A stretch of 64,000 bases of DNA. Origin: an uncultured virus (IMG/VR IMGVR_UViG_3300037189_025930) (taxonomy: Duplodnaviria; Heunggongvirae; Uroviricota; Caudoviricetes). This document shows positions 37,668-48,335 of this stretch, piece after piece. Position 1 is the first letter of the stretch, and every line of letters starts with the position of its first letter. The notes under the pieces are model-generated. The model saw only the letters and a list, made by a program, of their open reading frames with translations. It searched no databases and was not told the origin of the DNA. The stretch is from the IMG/VR virus record IMGVR_UViG_3300037189_025930; one strand, 5' to 3'. A program made the translations under genes and the position numbers.

Positions 37668-39425
37668 ATGAAATTTTCATCGCTACTAAAAAACATTATA
37701 TACATATATGAATCAATAGATGAGGCAAAAAAAATATTTGATCAATTTAATGAAATTGATTTTAATTCTTTTTTAAAAGAACCTAATAGTACCGATGGTA
37801 AAAAAGCGAAAAAAGAAATAGAAGATTTCGAGAAGATGTTTTTAGATGATAAACAAGTAAATTTTAATGATGCAATTCATATTCAAACTTTTAACATGTC
37901 TTTCGCACAGAATGACGTTATTATAAACGAAAAAAATCTTTTAGATGCAGAAGAATTGACTAAAAGAGAAAAAGATTTTCCATCAGCTTTTTTTAATATG
38001 GTTATAAGAAACCCTATATTAACAAAAAAAGAAAAACAAAGTTATATGAAACGTTTAGAAGATAAAGAATTTGAAAATTTAGAATTTCAAGAAAAAGAAA
38101 TTGAACGATATGAAAATAAAATTGAAATTGAAAAAGAAAGATATAGTAAAAGAGAAAAAGACATTTTATCAAGTAATTTATCAGAAGATAAAAAACGAGA
38201 AGAATTAGAAAAAAATAAAAAATTTGAAAGACAAACAATAACAAACATACGAGAAAATATTATAGAAGCTCGCTCTTTAGAAAAAAAGCTTAATAATCAA
38301 TCTATGATTGAAATGGCTAGAGAAATAATAAAAGATAAAACAGGCGGGAATAAATATAGCGTTTCAGCTTTTAAGTCTAACATGTTAAACGAACTTATAA
38401 AGAAAAAAAATGAAAATGAACAACTTAATAAATTATTAAATGCTCAAAAAGAATATTTATTAAAAATAGATAAAGATACGAAAGAACAAGAAAGAAAAGA
38501 TAAACTCCAATCTACTTATGGTATTACCAAATCTAAAACTTTAAGCACTGCATCAACCATGACGATTCCTAGTTCTAATATAAAAGTTTCATTAGCTGAT
38601 AAAAAAAGTATAGGTTGGGATAATCTTAAACCACAAGATAGAATTAATAAATGGGAAGAATATAAACCAGCAATTATTGACGGATGGAATAAAGTTAAAG
38701 GTGTATTTGATTCAATAAAAAGTTCATCTTTAAATACTGGATACTATAATTTAAGTGACGAAAATAAAATGTTCTATTCTATCTTTAAAGAAAGAAAAAA
38801 TAATCTTGATAACAATGACGTCTCAGATGCAACTTATGAAAAAATACTTACAAAAACTTTTTTATCACTTTTACCTCCTTCTATTATCTCAAAAATAAAA
38901 AAAGAAAATACATCTAAAAATCCAGAGAAAATTTTACAAAAAATAAATTCTGTGCTTTCACAAATAGAAAAAGGAACTTTAGTTCCAGATGAAATTGAAA
39001 AAGCAAAAAAAGATATTAGTAAAACTCAAACTTCTGTATTAAGTCCATCAAAAATTAAAGAAAAAGAAGAAGAACAAATCTTTAATAAATTATTAAAAAA
39101 AGAACAAGAAGATGAAGATAAATTAGATGAATTAATTGAATTAGAACAAGAAGAAATAGATAGAGAATCTAATGTATTTAGTGATTTTATTAAAAAAATA
39201 GATTTCATAAAAAGTGGAACTACTTCACAGAATGTTATTTATCAAACAATTAATAATTTAAGAAGTTTTATTAATAAAATAAAAGTTTCAAAAACACCTG
39301 TAAAAACTAGATTAGATTATTTAGATTTCTTAGAATTATCAATAGAAGAATTAAATCCTGACATCGTTGGATTAGATGATATAAAAGCAAGTATAGAATC
39401 AACGAGAAATTTTTTAAAAAAATAA
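37668..39425 (+). CDS. Large coiled-coil hypothetical protein
   Basis: 585 aa, K/E-rich; GAGGA RBS. Confidence 0.8.
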   Translation: MKFSSLLKNIIYIYESIDEAKKIFDQFNEIDFNSFLKEPNSTDGKKAKKEIEDFEKMFLDDKQVNFNDAIHIQTFNMSFAQNDVIINEKNLLDAEELTKREKDFPSAFFNMVIRNPILTKKEKQSYMKRLEDKEFENLEFQEKEIERYENKIEIEKERYSKREKDILSSNLSEDKKREELEKNKKFERQTITNIRENIIEARSLEKKLNNQSMIEMAREIIKDKTGGNKYSVSAFKSNMLNELIKKKNENEQLNKLLNAQKEYLLKIDKDTKEQERKDKLQSTYGITKSKTLSTASTMTIPSSNIKVSLADKKSIGWDNLKPQDRINKWEEYKPAIIDGWNKVKGVFDSIKSSSLNTGYYNLSDENKMFYSIFKERKNNLDNNDVSDATYEKILTKTFLSLLPPSIISKIKKENTSKNPEKILQKINSVLSQIEKGTLVPDEIEKAKKDISKTQTSVLSPSKIKEKEEEQIFNKLLKKEQEDEDKLDELIELEQEEIDRESNVFSDFIKKIDFIKSGTTSQNVIYQTINNLRSFINKIKVSKTPVKTRLDYLDFLELSIEELNPDIVGLDDIKASIESTRNFLKK

Positions 39426-39426
39426 T

Positions 39427-39804
39427 TTAAGATTTGGATAAAGAGGTATTATTTTTTATCCAAATACTATCTGTATTTAAAATAAAATCCCCAATAAAGT
39501 TAAATTTATTTTTCCATTCATCAGGAGAAATAATAGAACAAAGATATTTATTTTCTTCTTTTAAATAAAGATAAATTCTAATACCAATATGAGTTTTAAA
39601 TTTTATGTTTTCCCATATAATATCGTTCCATTTCTTTTCTTCATTTAAAGAAATTAATTGATTTTTTATTTGTAAAATTTTAGTAAGGTAATAAGAATCA
39701 CTTCCGTATTTTTTAGAATCTTTATATAAGTCAAGATCATTTTCAATTTCAATTTTAATAGATCCAACTTCTGTCGGATAAGTTAAAGAATGTTTTTCTA
39801 ACAT
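39427..39804 (-). CDS. DUF2452-like protein
   Basis: YPTEVG, IG..IYLY, SIISPDEW, FIGDF..D..W. Confidence 0.6.
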   Translation of the reverse strand: MLEKHSLTYPTEVGSIKIEIENDLDLYKDSKKYGSDSYYLTKILQIKNQLISLNEEKKWNDIIWENIKFKTHIGIRIYLYLKEENKYLCSIISPDEWKNKFNFIGDFILNTDSIWIKNNTSLSKS

Positions 39805-40034
39805 TATGAATTTATATCTACTCTTCCAAGAGTTTGATAAAGAGAAGAATCAATAGATATTGTTTCTCCATTTTTAGCTCTTAGAACTATATAATTATCA
39901 TTGTTATAAAGATTTTTTACTATGACTCGATAAAATTTATCATAAAACCAAGTGTAATCACCAGTCTCTGGTCTAGTAGATTTATCTAAAGTTTTAGTCC
40001 AAGTACCATCAGCAACAGTAACTTTTTGATTCAT
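39804..40034 (-). CDS. Hypothetical protein
   Basis: Coupled ORF. Confidence 0.6.
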   Translation of the reverse strand: MNQKVTVADGTWTKTLDKSTRPETGDYTWFYDKFYRVIVKNLYNNDNYIVLRAKNGETISIDSSLYQTLGRVDINS

Positions 40035-41317
40035 AAAATATTTCCTATTGTTTCTTGTAAGTCATCACTTACTTTTAATTTATGATTATAATCTAATATT
40101 ATTGGAATACAAAAATAATATTTAAGAGTTTCTACCGTAACATAAATATCGTTAATTGTTGTATGAAAATCTTGATTTAAAGATAAAGGTGCTAAACTAC
40201 CTAGTGCAACACTAAAACTTCCACTAGAATATTTTTTATTTGATAATGATTTTACAATATGTTTTAACATCTTTACTTTTTTAAGATCGTTCCTATGAGA
40301 ATATAAACTAACTAAACGATTACCATATTTTTTAGTATTTAAAATATCTTTAAAAATATCAATAGTATTTAGTTTGTTATAAAATATATTTTTATGTCTT
40401 TCTAGTAAAAAACCATAATATTCTTTTTTAGAAGGATTTTCATCTATATAAGTATAATAATCTATTGCAGATGTTATTGCTCCTTTAATCATACCTTCAT
40501 CGTAAGGCAAATTATGAGCTCCTATAATAACATTAGAATATAATTTCTTTTTAGATTCAATAAAATCAAAAAGTGATTCTATAAGATGTAATTCATCACT
40601 ATAATTATTATTGATTTTATAAGTTTTAGAATGGTCAAAAGGATATTTATAAATTTCTTTATCTGAGTGATTCATAAAACTTATTGCTTGTAATAGATTA
40701 TATTTGAAGATATATTTAATTAAAGTTTCTTTATTAAATTCATTTAAAGATTCAAACATAGATGGAAAATTACTTTTAAAAACTTGATAATCTGGATTAA
40801 ATTTTCCACTTTTTGCTTGTGCTAAAGAAAAAGCACTTATGATATTTTCTTTATTTTCTAGATATGTTTCTTGAAATTTAGAAATTAAATTGTTTTCAAT
40901 TTTTTCTACAGAATTATATTCATCAAGAACAGAATCTTTTATTTTTCCATGAAAAAAAGTTTTATCACTATTATCTTCAAAGTTTAAATCCCAATTATAA
41001 GAAACAGCTCCTATTTCTCTAATTTGATTACGATAAGAAATATATTCGTGTTTATTACCAAGATTATCAGTAAAAACATCTAATTTATTTTGTTGCATTA
41101 AACCTGTTGTCTCTGTATCAATCACTATTAATAGACAATCATCTGGTAATCTTTTTTCTGGAACTAAATAGTCCATTCTATTTCTAAATTTTAAAATATT
41201 ATCAATAGATAAAAAATCTGTTTTAATTTTGTTACATAATTGTACTATATTTTTAGAATCTTTATCTCTTTTGTTGAATGGATCAGATATTAGTTTTTTA
41301 GCTCTTTGTAGTGACAT
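40031..41317 (-). CDS. DEDDh 3'-5' exonuclease (DnaQ-like) with insertions
   Basis: IVIDTETTGL, EIGAV, AHNLPYD, HTTIND. Confidence 0.85.
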   Translation of the reverse strand: MSLQRAKKLISDPFNKRDKDSKNIVQLCNKIKTDFLSIDNILKFRNRMDYLVPEKRLPDDCLLIVIDTETTGLMQQNKLDVFTDNLGNKHEYISYRNQIREIGAVSYNWDLNFEDNSDKTFFHGKIKDSVLDEYNSVEKIENNLISKFQETYLENKENIISAFSLAQAKSGKFNPDYQVFKSNFPSMFESLNEFNKETLIKYIFKYNLLQAISFMNHSDKEIYKYPFDHSKTYKINNNYSDELHLIESLFDFIESKKKLYSNVIIGAHNLPYDEGMIKGAITSAIDYYTYIDENPSKKEYYGFLLERHKNIFYNKLNTIDIFKDILNTKKYGNRLVSLYSHRNDLKKVKMLKHIVKSLSNKKYSSGSFSVALGSLAPLSLNQDFHTTINDIYVTVETLKYYFCIPIILDYNHKLKVSDDLQETIGNIL

Positions 41318-41417
41318 ATATTTTTCCCTTAATTAATTATATTATTTAAAAATAATAAGTGTCTAAAATTAAAATATTAATACATAAAACATTTAATCAT
41401 AAAAATAATTAAATTGA

Positions 41418-42581
41418 GTGAGAAGTAAAATGGATTTATATAAAGAAAAATTATTTAGTGAAAGTTTAAAAGAAATTCTTTTAGAAGATATTTATGGTGC
41501 AAAAGCTACTGTATATCATCGAACAAAAGAAAAAGATTTAATAAATCTTATTTTTAAAGATGGATACAAGCCTAAAGATACATCTAATTATGGAATAGGT
41601 ATGTATGCTACATACGATTTAAAACATCAAATAGGTCGAAATAAAGATTATATGGAACACAAATATGGTTCGATTATAGTTAAAATGATGATTAAATCTA
41701 TAAATAATTTTTTAGTTTTAGATTATAAAGAATTTAAAAAAACTAATCTTTTTAAAAAATTAAAATCAAAGAAAAAAAATTTTATTATTGATCAATTAAA
41801 ACACTTTAATTTTCAATTTTTAGAACCAGAACAATCATTAGAAGATTTTGAATTTCGAGAATCAAAATATAGTTCTGATATTTTTAATCAAATATTAAGC
41901 TATTTTGGTGGTCATTTTAAAATTAAAAGATATATTGATGGAGTATTTTTTACATCTGATGATGAAGGCAAAAACATTGTTTGTTATAATACTGATTTAA
42001 TTATCCCATTATCTTTTTCTTTAAATGATGGAAAAGACTGGATTAAACCAAATAAAGATATAAACTATTTAAAAAAAGTATTCTCTCAATATACTGACGA
42101 CGTTAAAGTTAAATATAAAAAAGACACTAAAATAAAACATTGGATTGAGGATGCTAAAATATCTAGTGATGCTGATTACGAAATAGACGATATAGAAAAT
42201 TATGATATAAAATATAGAAATTATTTTACTTGGGAAAATGGGATTTGGTATAGTGGAGTTTGGTATAATGGTACATGGGAAAATGGTACTTGGAAAAAAG
42301 GAACATGGTTAAAAGGTTATTTTGAAGGTGGAACTTGGGAAGATGGAACATGGAAGGATGGAACATTTGGAAGTATATTTTGGAATGATGATGATAATCC
42401 AATTTGGGAAAAAGGCATTTGGGAAAAAGGTACTTGGAATAACGCCATTTGGAAAAACGGTGATTGGTTAGATGGAACTTGGAAAGGTGGCACTTGGTTA
42501 GGTGGTACTTGGCATGGAGGAAAAGATAAATTTGGAAGATTTCATCCACAAGGTGATTCACCAGATAAATGGAATATATAA
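41418..42581 (+). CDS. ADP-ribosyltransferase-like domain plus Trp-rich GTW pentapeptide repeats
   Basis: VYHRT..YGIGMYAT; WENGTWKKGTW repeats; start may be 41430. Confidence 0.6.
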   Translation: MRSKMDLYKEKLFSESLKEILLEDIYGAKATVYHRTKEKDLINLIFKDGYKPKDTSNYGIGMYATYDLKHQIGRNKDYMEHKYGSIIVKMMIKSINNFLVLDYKEFKKTNLFKKLKSKKKNFIIDQLKHFNFQFLEPEQSLEDFEFRESKYSSDIFNQILSYFGGHFKIKRYIDGVFFTSDDEGKNIVCYNTDLIIPLSFSLNDGKDWIKPNKDINYLKKVFSQYTDDVKVKYKKDTKIKHWIEDAKISSDADYEIDDIENYDIKYRNYFTWENGIWYSGVWYNGTWENGTWKKGTWLKGYFEGGTWEDGTWKDGTFGSIFWNDDDNPIWEKGIWEKGTWNNAIWKNGDWLDGTWKGGTWLGGTWHGGKDKFGRFHPQGDSPDKWNI

Positions 42582-43762
42582 GGATTAAAAAAATGACTAA
42601 TAAAAAATTTACTAAAAACTTAAATAATATTATTTTTGAAAGTATTTATAGTAATAAAGCTACTGTTTATCATAGAACTAAAACAGAAGATCTTATAAAT
42701 AAAATTTATAATACAGGTTTTAGGACAGGTGTTGGAGATACTTATGGAAAAGGATTTTATAGTACCTATGAATTAGAATCTCAATTTAGACAAAGAATGA
42801 AATCAAATTATGGTGATATAATTGTTAAGTTTATGATTAATTCTTTAAATAGATTTATGTTTTTTGATTATGATAATTTTTTAAAATCATCTGTTAGTAA
42901 AAAAATAAAAACATCAAAAGATATGTTTATTATAGATCAAATGAAATATTTTGATTTTGATAAATATGATAAGTATAAACAAATAGATGAAAAAAAAATA
43001 TTAGAATTACAGAAAACATCAAATTATTCATCTGATATAGCTTCTTATGTTTATAATGTATATAAAAAGTTATTAATAAAAATAATTGATGGGATAGTTT
43101 TTACTGGTAGACATGATGGTTTAGTTTTAGTATCATATAATAATGATATTATAATTCCTCTTTCTTATAGTGATAATGAAGGTAAATCTTGGAGGTCAGC
43201 TAATAAAGATATAAATTACCTTAAAAAAGTTTTTTCTCAAAACTCTGACACATCAAAACAAGAACAATTATCATTATACATTAAAAACTATGATGAACTT
43301 ATCAAAAAAAATATATCAAAAGATGCTGTTTATACAACATATTTACATGATCAACACGAAATAAAAATAAATTGGGAAAAAGGTGATTGGTATAATGGCA
43401 CCTGGGAAGGTGGTCAATGGGAAAATGGCATTTGGTGGAAAGGAACATGGGAAGATGGTACTTGGCATAAAGGAACGTGGAAGGATGGTGTTTGGAAAGA
43501 CGGTACTTGGTGGGTTGGTATTTGGTGGGGTGGTACTTGGGAAGATGGTACTTGGCATAAAGGAACATGGAAGAATGGTGTTTGGGAGTATGGTACTTGG
43601 TTTAAAGGAATTTGGGAAGATGGTATTTGGGAAAACGGTCTTTGGTATAAAGGAACATGGAAGAATGGTGTTTGGAAAGATGGTACTTGGCGAGGTGGAT
43701 ATGATAAATATGGTGATTATCACTCAGAAGGTGATTCGCCTGACAAATGGAGTAAGAAATAA
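42569..43762 (+). CDS. ADP-ribosyltransferase-like domain plus Trp-rich GTW pentapeptide repeats (paralog)
   Basis: VYHRT..YGKGFYST; about 20 WxxGx repeats; shared GDSPDKW end; start may be 42593. Confidence 0.6.
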   Translation: MEYIRIKKMTNKKFTKNLNNIIFESIYSNKATVYHRTKTEDLINKIYNTGFRTGVGDTYGKGFYSTYELESQFRQRMKSNYGDIIVKFMINSLNRFMFFDYDNFLKSSVSKKIKTSKDMFIIDQMKYFDFDKYDKYKQIDEKKILELQKTSNYSSDIASYVYNVYKKLLIKIIDGIVFTGRHDGLVLVSYNNDIIIPLSYSDNEGKSWRSANKDINYLKKVFSQNSDTSKQEQLSLYIKNYDELIKKNISKDAVYTTYLHDQHEIKINWEKGDWYNGTWEGGQWENGIWWKGTWEDGTWHKGTWKDGVWKDGTWWVGIWWGGTWEDGTWHKGTWKNGVWEYGTWFKGIWEDGIWENGLWYKGTWKNGVWKDGTWRGGYDKYGDYHSEGDSPDKWSKK

Positions 43763-43765
43763 ATA

Positions 43766-44071
43766 ATGAAAGTTTTAAAAAACAATATTATTCAAATTGA
43801 CGATAAATTATCAGTGCAAGTTTTAGAAGATCATCTATATAAAGATGCAATGAAAAAATATTCAAACCTAAATGATTTTCACATTCCTTCACCCGAAGAA
43901 GGTCACTATATTGCTGATAATTATTATATGACTTTTGGCCCTGGTGTTTCATATTTAACAACAGAATCGCCAGATGATAAATCTGTAACAACAATTGATC
44001 TTGGTTTAACTCTTTTTCTAATAGAAGATATTAATGAAAAACATCCAACTATATTAATTAAATTTTTTTAA
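43766..44071 (+). CDS. Degenerate DUF1566-like protein
   Basis: YKDA..FHIPSPEE. Confidence 0.55.
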   Translation: MKVLKNNIIQIDDKLSVQVLEDHLYKDAMKKYSNLNDFHIPSPEEGHYIADNYYMTFGPGVSYLTTESPDDKSVTTIDLGLTLFLIEDINEKHPTILIKFF

Positions 44072-44103
44072 ACATCGTAATAATTTTTTTATATATTTAA
44101 AAT

Positions 44104-45117
44104 ATGAGAAAATTAGCCACTATTAGATATGTTCAAGAATTAGTTCCTATAGAAGGGGCTGATCTTATTGAGGTTGCTGTAGTAGACGGATGGAACTGTG
44201 TTGTTAAAAAAGGTGATTTTGAAGTTAGACAAATGTGTGTTTATTTTGAGATTGATTCTTTTTTACCAATTCATCCAGTGTTTGAATTTTTAAGAAAAAG
44301 TTCTTATAAAAAAATGGGTGATCAAGAAGGCTTTCGTCTAAAGACAGTTAAGTTAAGAGGAACTATAAGTCAAGGATTAATAGTTCCAATAAAAACTTTA
44401 ATTGATTCTTCTTTATTAAAAGAAAGAAACTTTTATGTAAGTGAAGATTTAACAGAAGAGTTAGGAATTCAAAAATACGAACCTCCTATTCCAGCACAAT
44501 TAAGTGGAGTTGCAAGAGGAAATTTCCCATCTGAAATTCCAAAAACTGATGAAGAAAGAATCCAAAATTTAGATTATAATAAATTAGTTGATGATCAATA
44601 CTATGTCACAGAAAAATGTGATGGTAGTTCGATAACTATTTATTTAAAAGACGGTGTCTTTGGAGTTTGTTCTAGGAATTTAGATTTACTAGAAGACGAT
44701 AAAAATACTTTTTGGTCTACTGTTAGAAAATTAAATATTGAAAATATTTTAAAAAGTAAATCAATAGATAATATTGCTTTACAAGGTGAATTAATTGGTG
44801 AAGGTATTCAAGGTAATAAGTATAAAATATCTGGACATCAAATTAAATTCTTTAATGTTTTCGATATATTCACTATGAAATATTATAACTTTAATGATTT
44901 TAAAACGATCATTAAAAATCTAGGATTAGAGACAGTTCCAATGATTGATGAAGATTTTAAATTACCTTTTAACATGAAAGAATTATTGACTTATGCAGAA
45001 GGTAAATCTTTATTACATAAAGATACAGAAAGAGAAGGGATTGTTTTAAGAACTAAAATTCTTAATCGAACATCATTTAAAGCAATCAGTAATAAATTTC
45101 TTTTAAAAGAAGATTAA
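44104..45117 (+). CDS. RNA ligase, DRB0094 family
   Basis: RKLATIR, YFEIDSFLP, KLRGTISQGL, KTDEERIQN, TEKCDGSS, QGELIG, EGIV, SFKAISN. Confidence 0.92.
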   Translation: MRKLATIRYVQELVPIEGADLIEVAVVDGWNCVVKKGDFEVRQMCVYFEIDSFLPIHPVFEFLRKSSYKKMGDQEGFRLKTVKLRGTISQGLIVPIKTLIDSSLLKERNFYVSEDLTEELGIQKYEPPIPAQLSGVARGNFPSEIPKTDEERIQNLDYNKLVDDQYYVTEKCDGSSITIYLKDGVFGVCSRNLDLLEDDKNTFWSTVRKLNIENILKSKSIDNIALQGELIGEGIQGNKYKISGHQIKFFNVFDIFTMKYYNFNDFKTIIKNLGLETVPMIDEDFKLPFNMKELLTYAEGKSLLHKDTEREGIVLRTKILNRTSFKAISNKFLLKED

Positions 45118-45434
45118 ATCAAGTGTTCTTGAAAATTATTTTCTTCTAAGAAGATTTTATATTTCTGTAAAAAAGGATCTGACAAATATTTTTCCATTTT
45201 TGGCCAAGGTCCTTTTAATATTTTTCTTATGTAAAAAGAAATCTCACTTTCATCTATTCCCCATAAAGATTCATATTCTTCACAATACTGTTCTAAAATT
45301 TTTTCAAACTTTAAATTTCTTACTTTAGAAACATCATTTACATATTTGATTGATAAACCAATACTAACAATATTAGGATTAAAAAGAATATCTTCATCTT
45401 CTTTTGATAGAACTAAACCTTTCTTTGCTTTCAT
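45114..45434 (-). CDS. Divergent family B protein
   Basis: YIRKILKGPWP..E; ends FQEHLI. Confidence 0.7.
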   Translation of the reverse strand: MKAKKGLVLSKEDEDILFNPNIVSIGLSIKYVNDVSKVRNLKFEKILEQYCEEYESLWGIDESEISFYIRKILKGPWPKMEKYLSDPFLQKYKIFLEENNFQEHLI

Positions 45435-45677
45435 TAGAATTTTTTTTTGCTTTATTGTTCATAATAGAATTATAAGTAATTTTCAATTTAATGTATAAAC
45501 CTAAATTTTATAGAGGAATTTTAAAGCCTATCCAAAAAAATTCAAAAATTAAACTTACATCATTCTTATCAATAACTAAAGATAATCTTGGGAAAAATTC
45601 TAGGTGTCTATAATCTATCGGATTATATTTTATAAATTTTTTGTCCACTATATATATTTAGTGTTTGAAACGAAAAA

Positions 45678-46145
45678 TTAGACTTTATCTATAAAGTCTG
45701 CTTTTCTTTTAATAATTTTTTCAATGTTATCGATGATAAAGTCATTATCTTTAACATATGTGATTTTATTAATAAAATTAATGATTGAATTTATTTCAAA
45801 ACTTTTTAAAGGAGAATTGTATTGAATTAAAAGAGAATTTTCAGAACCTATTAGTGATAAATAAAAACCTTTATAATAATGCGGATCTATCATGTCTTCA
45901 TTATCACTAAATGAGTTAGTTATTTTAATCCAAATAAAATTATCAATCGTACTAGAGTTTCTTTTAAGTCCTAGCCAAGTTTGTATCCTTCCAGGATAAG
46001 TTATCAATTCTATTGAACCTAATAAAGCTTGTAATTTTTTATCGGGTTGATTAACATTATTATAAGATATATAATTAAATATTTCGCATCTATTATCATT
46101 ATTAAAATATTGAAATAATTGATTATTTTGTTTAAAGTGATTCAA
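45678..46145 (-). CDS. Hypothetical protein
   Basis: 155-aa ORF, TTG start. Confidence 0.55.
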   Translation of the reverse strand: MNHFKQNNQLFQYFNNDNRCEIFNYISYNNVNQPDKKLQALLGSIELITYPGRIQTWLGLKRNSSTIDNFIWIKITNSFSDNEDMIDPHYYKGFYLSLIGSENSLLIQYNSPLKSFEINSIINFINKITYVKDNDFIIDNIEKIIKRKADFIDKV

Positions 46146-46206
46146 CTTGTTGCCTTATTTTTAAGATTAGTATATATTTTATTTTTAATCAAATAAATGT
46201 TTTTAT

Positions 46207-47136
46207 TTAAAAATTTCCTTCTTGAACCTGTAAACATTTAACTCCGATGCTTCTCCACATTTCTACAACTTGATTTCTATCATCTAAACAAAAAAGAACA
46301 TTATAATTATCTTTAATATATTTATCAAATATTTCTTTTTTAACAATAGCATCTTTTCTAAAATCTTTATATTTTCTCATGTATAAAAAATCAAAAGGAA
46401 CACGATATTTATTTAACCAATCACAAGTCATGTTATAGCAAGAATCTTCCCTTCCTGAAACAATTATTATTTTGTGATTTGAATTTTTATAAGAAGTAAC
46501 TATATCTCTAATAATTTCGTCTATATCATCATTAATAACTTTATCATATTCAAATGGACTTCTTAATCCGCCACTATGAGATAGTGTTCCATCTATATCA
46601 ACAATTATAGCCCTATCGTTATTATTAATAATTGGTATTTTACTAATGATTGTTGGTTTATATTCAGAAATAAAAGAAGAATCGTTATTAAAATTATTAA
46701 TTAATTCAATAACACTTTTTAAATTTTGTTTACACCTTGTAAAAAATTTTTTAATTACTACCAGATCAACTTTTCTATCACGATTTAAAGATCTTTCTAA
46801 TAGTGTATCAAACGGTATATCACTAAAATCAACAAGACGAACCTTAATTTTTATTTTACTTTTTTTTATTAAATTAAGGAAGTCTTTAATGTATTTAACT
46901 TTAGAAAAAGTATTATCACAAATAATATCGTATTGAGTAATTAAAGATGAAAAATAAGATTCCTCTATTTTAGTTATTATGGTTTCAATCTCAGGTAAAT
47001 TAGAGTGATCGTTTAAATTATCTCTAATAACATCTCTTGAAACAATTTTTATGTCTTTATCGTATTTAGTTATAAGGTTAGAAAAAGTTGTTTTACCAGA
47101 TAGAGGTGGGCCATAAAGGATATATATATTTCTCAT
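46207..47136 (-). CDS. pseT: Polynucleotide 5'-kinase/3'-phosphatase
   Basis: GPPLSGKTT, SRDVIR, HAD DIDGT, SGR, LDDRNQVVEMWR. Confidence 0.95.
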   Translation of the reverse strand: MRNIYILYGPPLSGKTTFSNLITKYDKDIKIVSRDVIRDNLNDHSNLPEIETIITKIEESYFSSLITQYDIICDNTFSKVKYIKDFLNLIKKSKIKIKVRLVDFSDIPFDTLLERSLNRDRKVDLVVIKKFFTRCKQNLKSVIELINNFNNDSSFISEYKPTIISKIPIINNNDRAIIVDIDGTLSHSGGLRSPFEYDKVINDDIDEIIRDIVTSYKNSNHKIIIVSGREDSCYNMTCDWLNKYRVPFDFLYMRKYKDFRKDAIVKKEIFDKYIKDNYNVLFCLDDRNQVVEMWRSIGVKCLQVQEGNF

Positions 47137-47155
47137 TTAACTTCCTTTTTAAAAT

Positions 47156-47186
47156 AAATATCCACTTATTTAAAAGTGGATATTTT
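47156..47186. terminator. Hairpin/terminator
   Basis: AAATATCCACTT..AAGTGGATATTT. Confidence 0.7.
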
Positions 47187-47319
47187 TATTGTATTTCAAT
47201 TTTTTTTAGATGTGTATTTTTTGTTATTGATTTCACATGCTAAAGATGAAATAACAGCTAATAAACCAACTATTAATACTGCTATAAAAGAAAAAGTTTC
47301 TAACATTTTTTAATTCTCC

Positions 47320-47751
47320 TTATACTGTTTCTACTAATTTTAAAAATGATTCTTCGTCAATTTTAGCTTCTTCAATTTTTTCAATTTCAAGTCTGATTTG
47401 TTTGATCATTCTTTTTTGATCTTTAAGAAAATTCTTCACTAGAGTTGGATCTATTTTTTGATAGAGTTCACCTTGATTTTTATTTTTATCATAACTTAAA
47501 AAGAATTTTTGGTTTTCAATTTTTATAGAAGCTGAATCTTCTTTGAAACAAAAAGAAGGAATTACTTCTGGTTGTTTTGAATAAACCTTAACTGCTGAGT
47601 TTTTTGATTTTCTTGTTTTATAATAAAAACCAGAAGAATCAACTAAATTAGGGTTAATTGTTCTAATTTTTGAAATCTTTTGTTTTTGAATATCTTCTTT
47701 TTTAAGAATATTCCCTTGACTGTCTTTATATACTATTTCTATTTTTAACAC
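47320..47751 (-). CDS. Hypothetical protein
   Basis: GTG start, GGAG RBS, promoter at 47802. Confidence 0.65.
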   Translation of the reverse strand: MLKIEIVYKDSQGNILKKEDIQKQKISKIRTINPNLVDSSGFYYKTRKSKNSAVKVYSKQPEVIPSFCFKEDSASIKIENQKFFLSYDKNKNQGELYQKIDPTLVKNFLKDQKRMIKQIRLEIEKIEEAKIDEESFLKLVETV

Positions 47752-47832
47752 TTTTATTCTCCATTAACTTAATAAATATATTGTAATATATTCTTAATAG
47801 AGTGATAAAACCCAAAAATTAATCATTATTAA

Positions 47833-47859
47833 AACCTCTCTCAATGATAGAGAGAGGTT
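47833..47859 (-). terminator. Intrinsic terminator
   Basis: AACCTCTCTC-N7-GAGAGAGGTT. Confidence 0.75.
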
Positions 47860-47869
47860 AAGCTTTTAA

Positions 47870-48097
47870 TTAATTAAAAATAAAATCATTAAAAAGTTTT
47901 GCCATTTTAATAACTTCATCTTCATCTGGAAAATCCAGATTTGATTTCCAATCTGGATAATCCTTACCACTTTTTTCGGCTACGTTCAAACCTGCTTGCC
48001 AATTACATATTAGAACTTCTTTTTTATTAAAATATCTATCAACAATTATATCTTTAGCCATTTTTAAAACATTCAATTTTATTTCCATCTCATTCAT
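47870..48097 (-). CDS. Conserved T4-like phage small protein (paralog)
   Basis: EIKLNVLKMAKD..FPDEDEVIKMAK..F. Confidence 0.7.
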   Translation of the reverse strand: MNEMEIKLNVLKMAKDIIVDRYFNKKEVLICNWQAGLNVAEKSGKDYPDWKSNLDFPDEDEVIKMAKLFNDFIFN

Positions 48098-48335
48098 AAG
48101 AACCACCTTTAGATGAAACAAATTGATTTAAAACTTTAGCTTTTTTGATAATGTCATCTTCACTGGGGAAGGAAGATTTTCTCTCATAAATTGGTAATGC
48201 TGAGCCAGTTCTCTCTGCATCATTTACTTTTTTTTCCCAATTTATTCTTTCAATCTCATTTTCTTGATTGTACTTTTCAATCAATAAACTTTGTGCCATT
48301 TCTAGCAATTTTAGCCTAATTTCATAAGCTGTCAT
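48090..48335 (-). CDS. Conserved T4-like phage small protein
   Basis: YEIRLKLLEMA..FPSEDDIIKKAKVLNQFVS. Confidence 0.8.
   Translation of the reverse strand: MTAYEIRLKLLEMAQSLLIEKYNQENEIERINWEKKVNDAERTGSALPIYERKSSFPSEDDIIKKAKVLNQFVSSKGGSYE

Noticed and set aside
42226..43766. Alternate-frame and antisense ORFs over the Trp repeats
   Set aside because: By-products of the stop-poor 15-nt repeats
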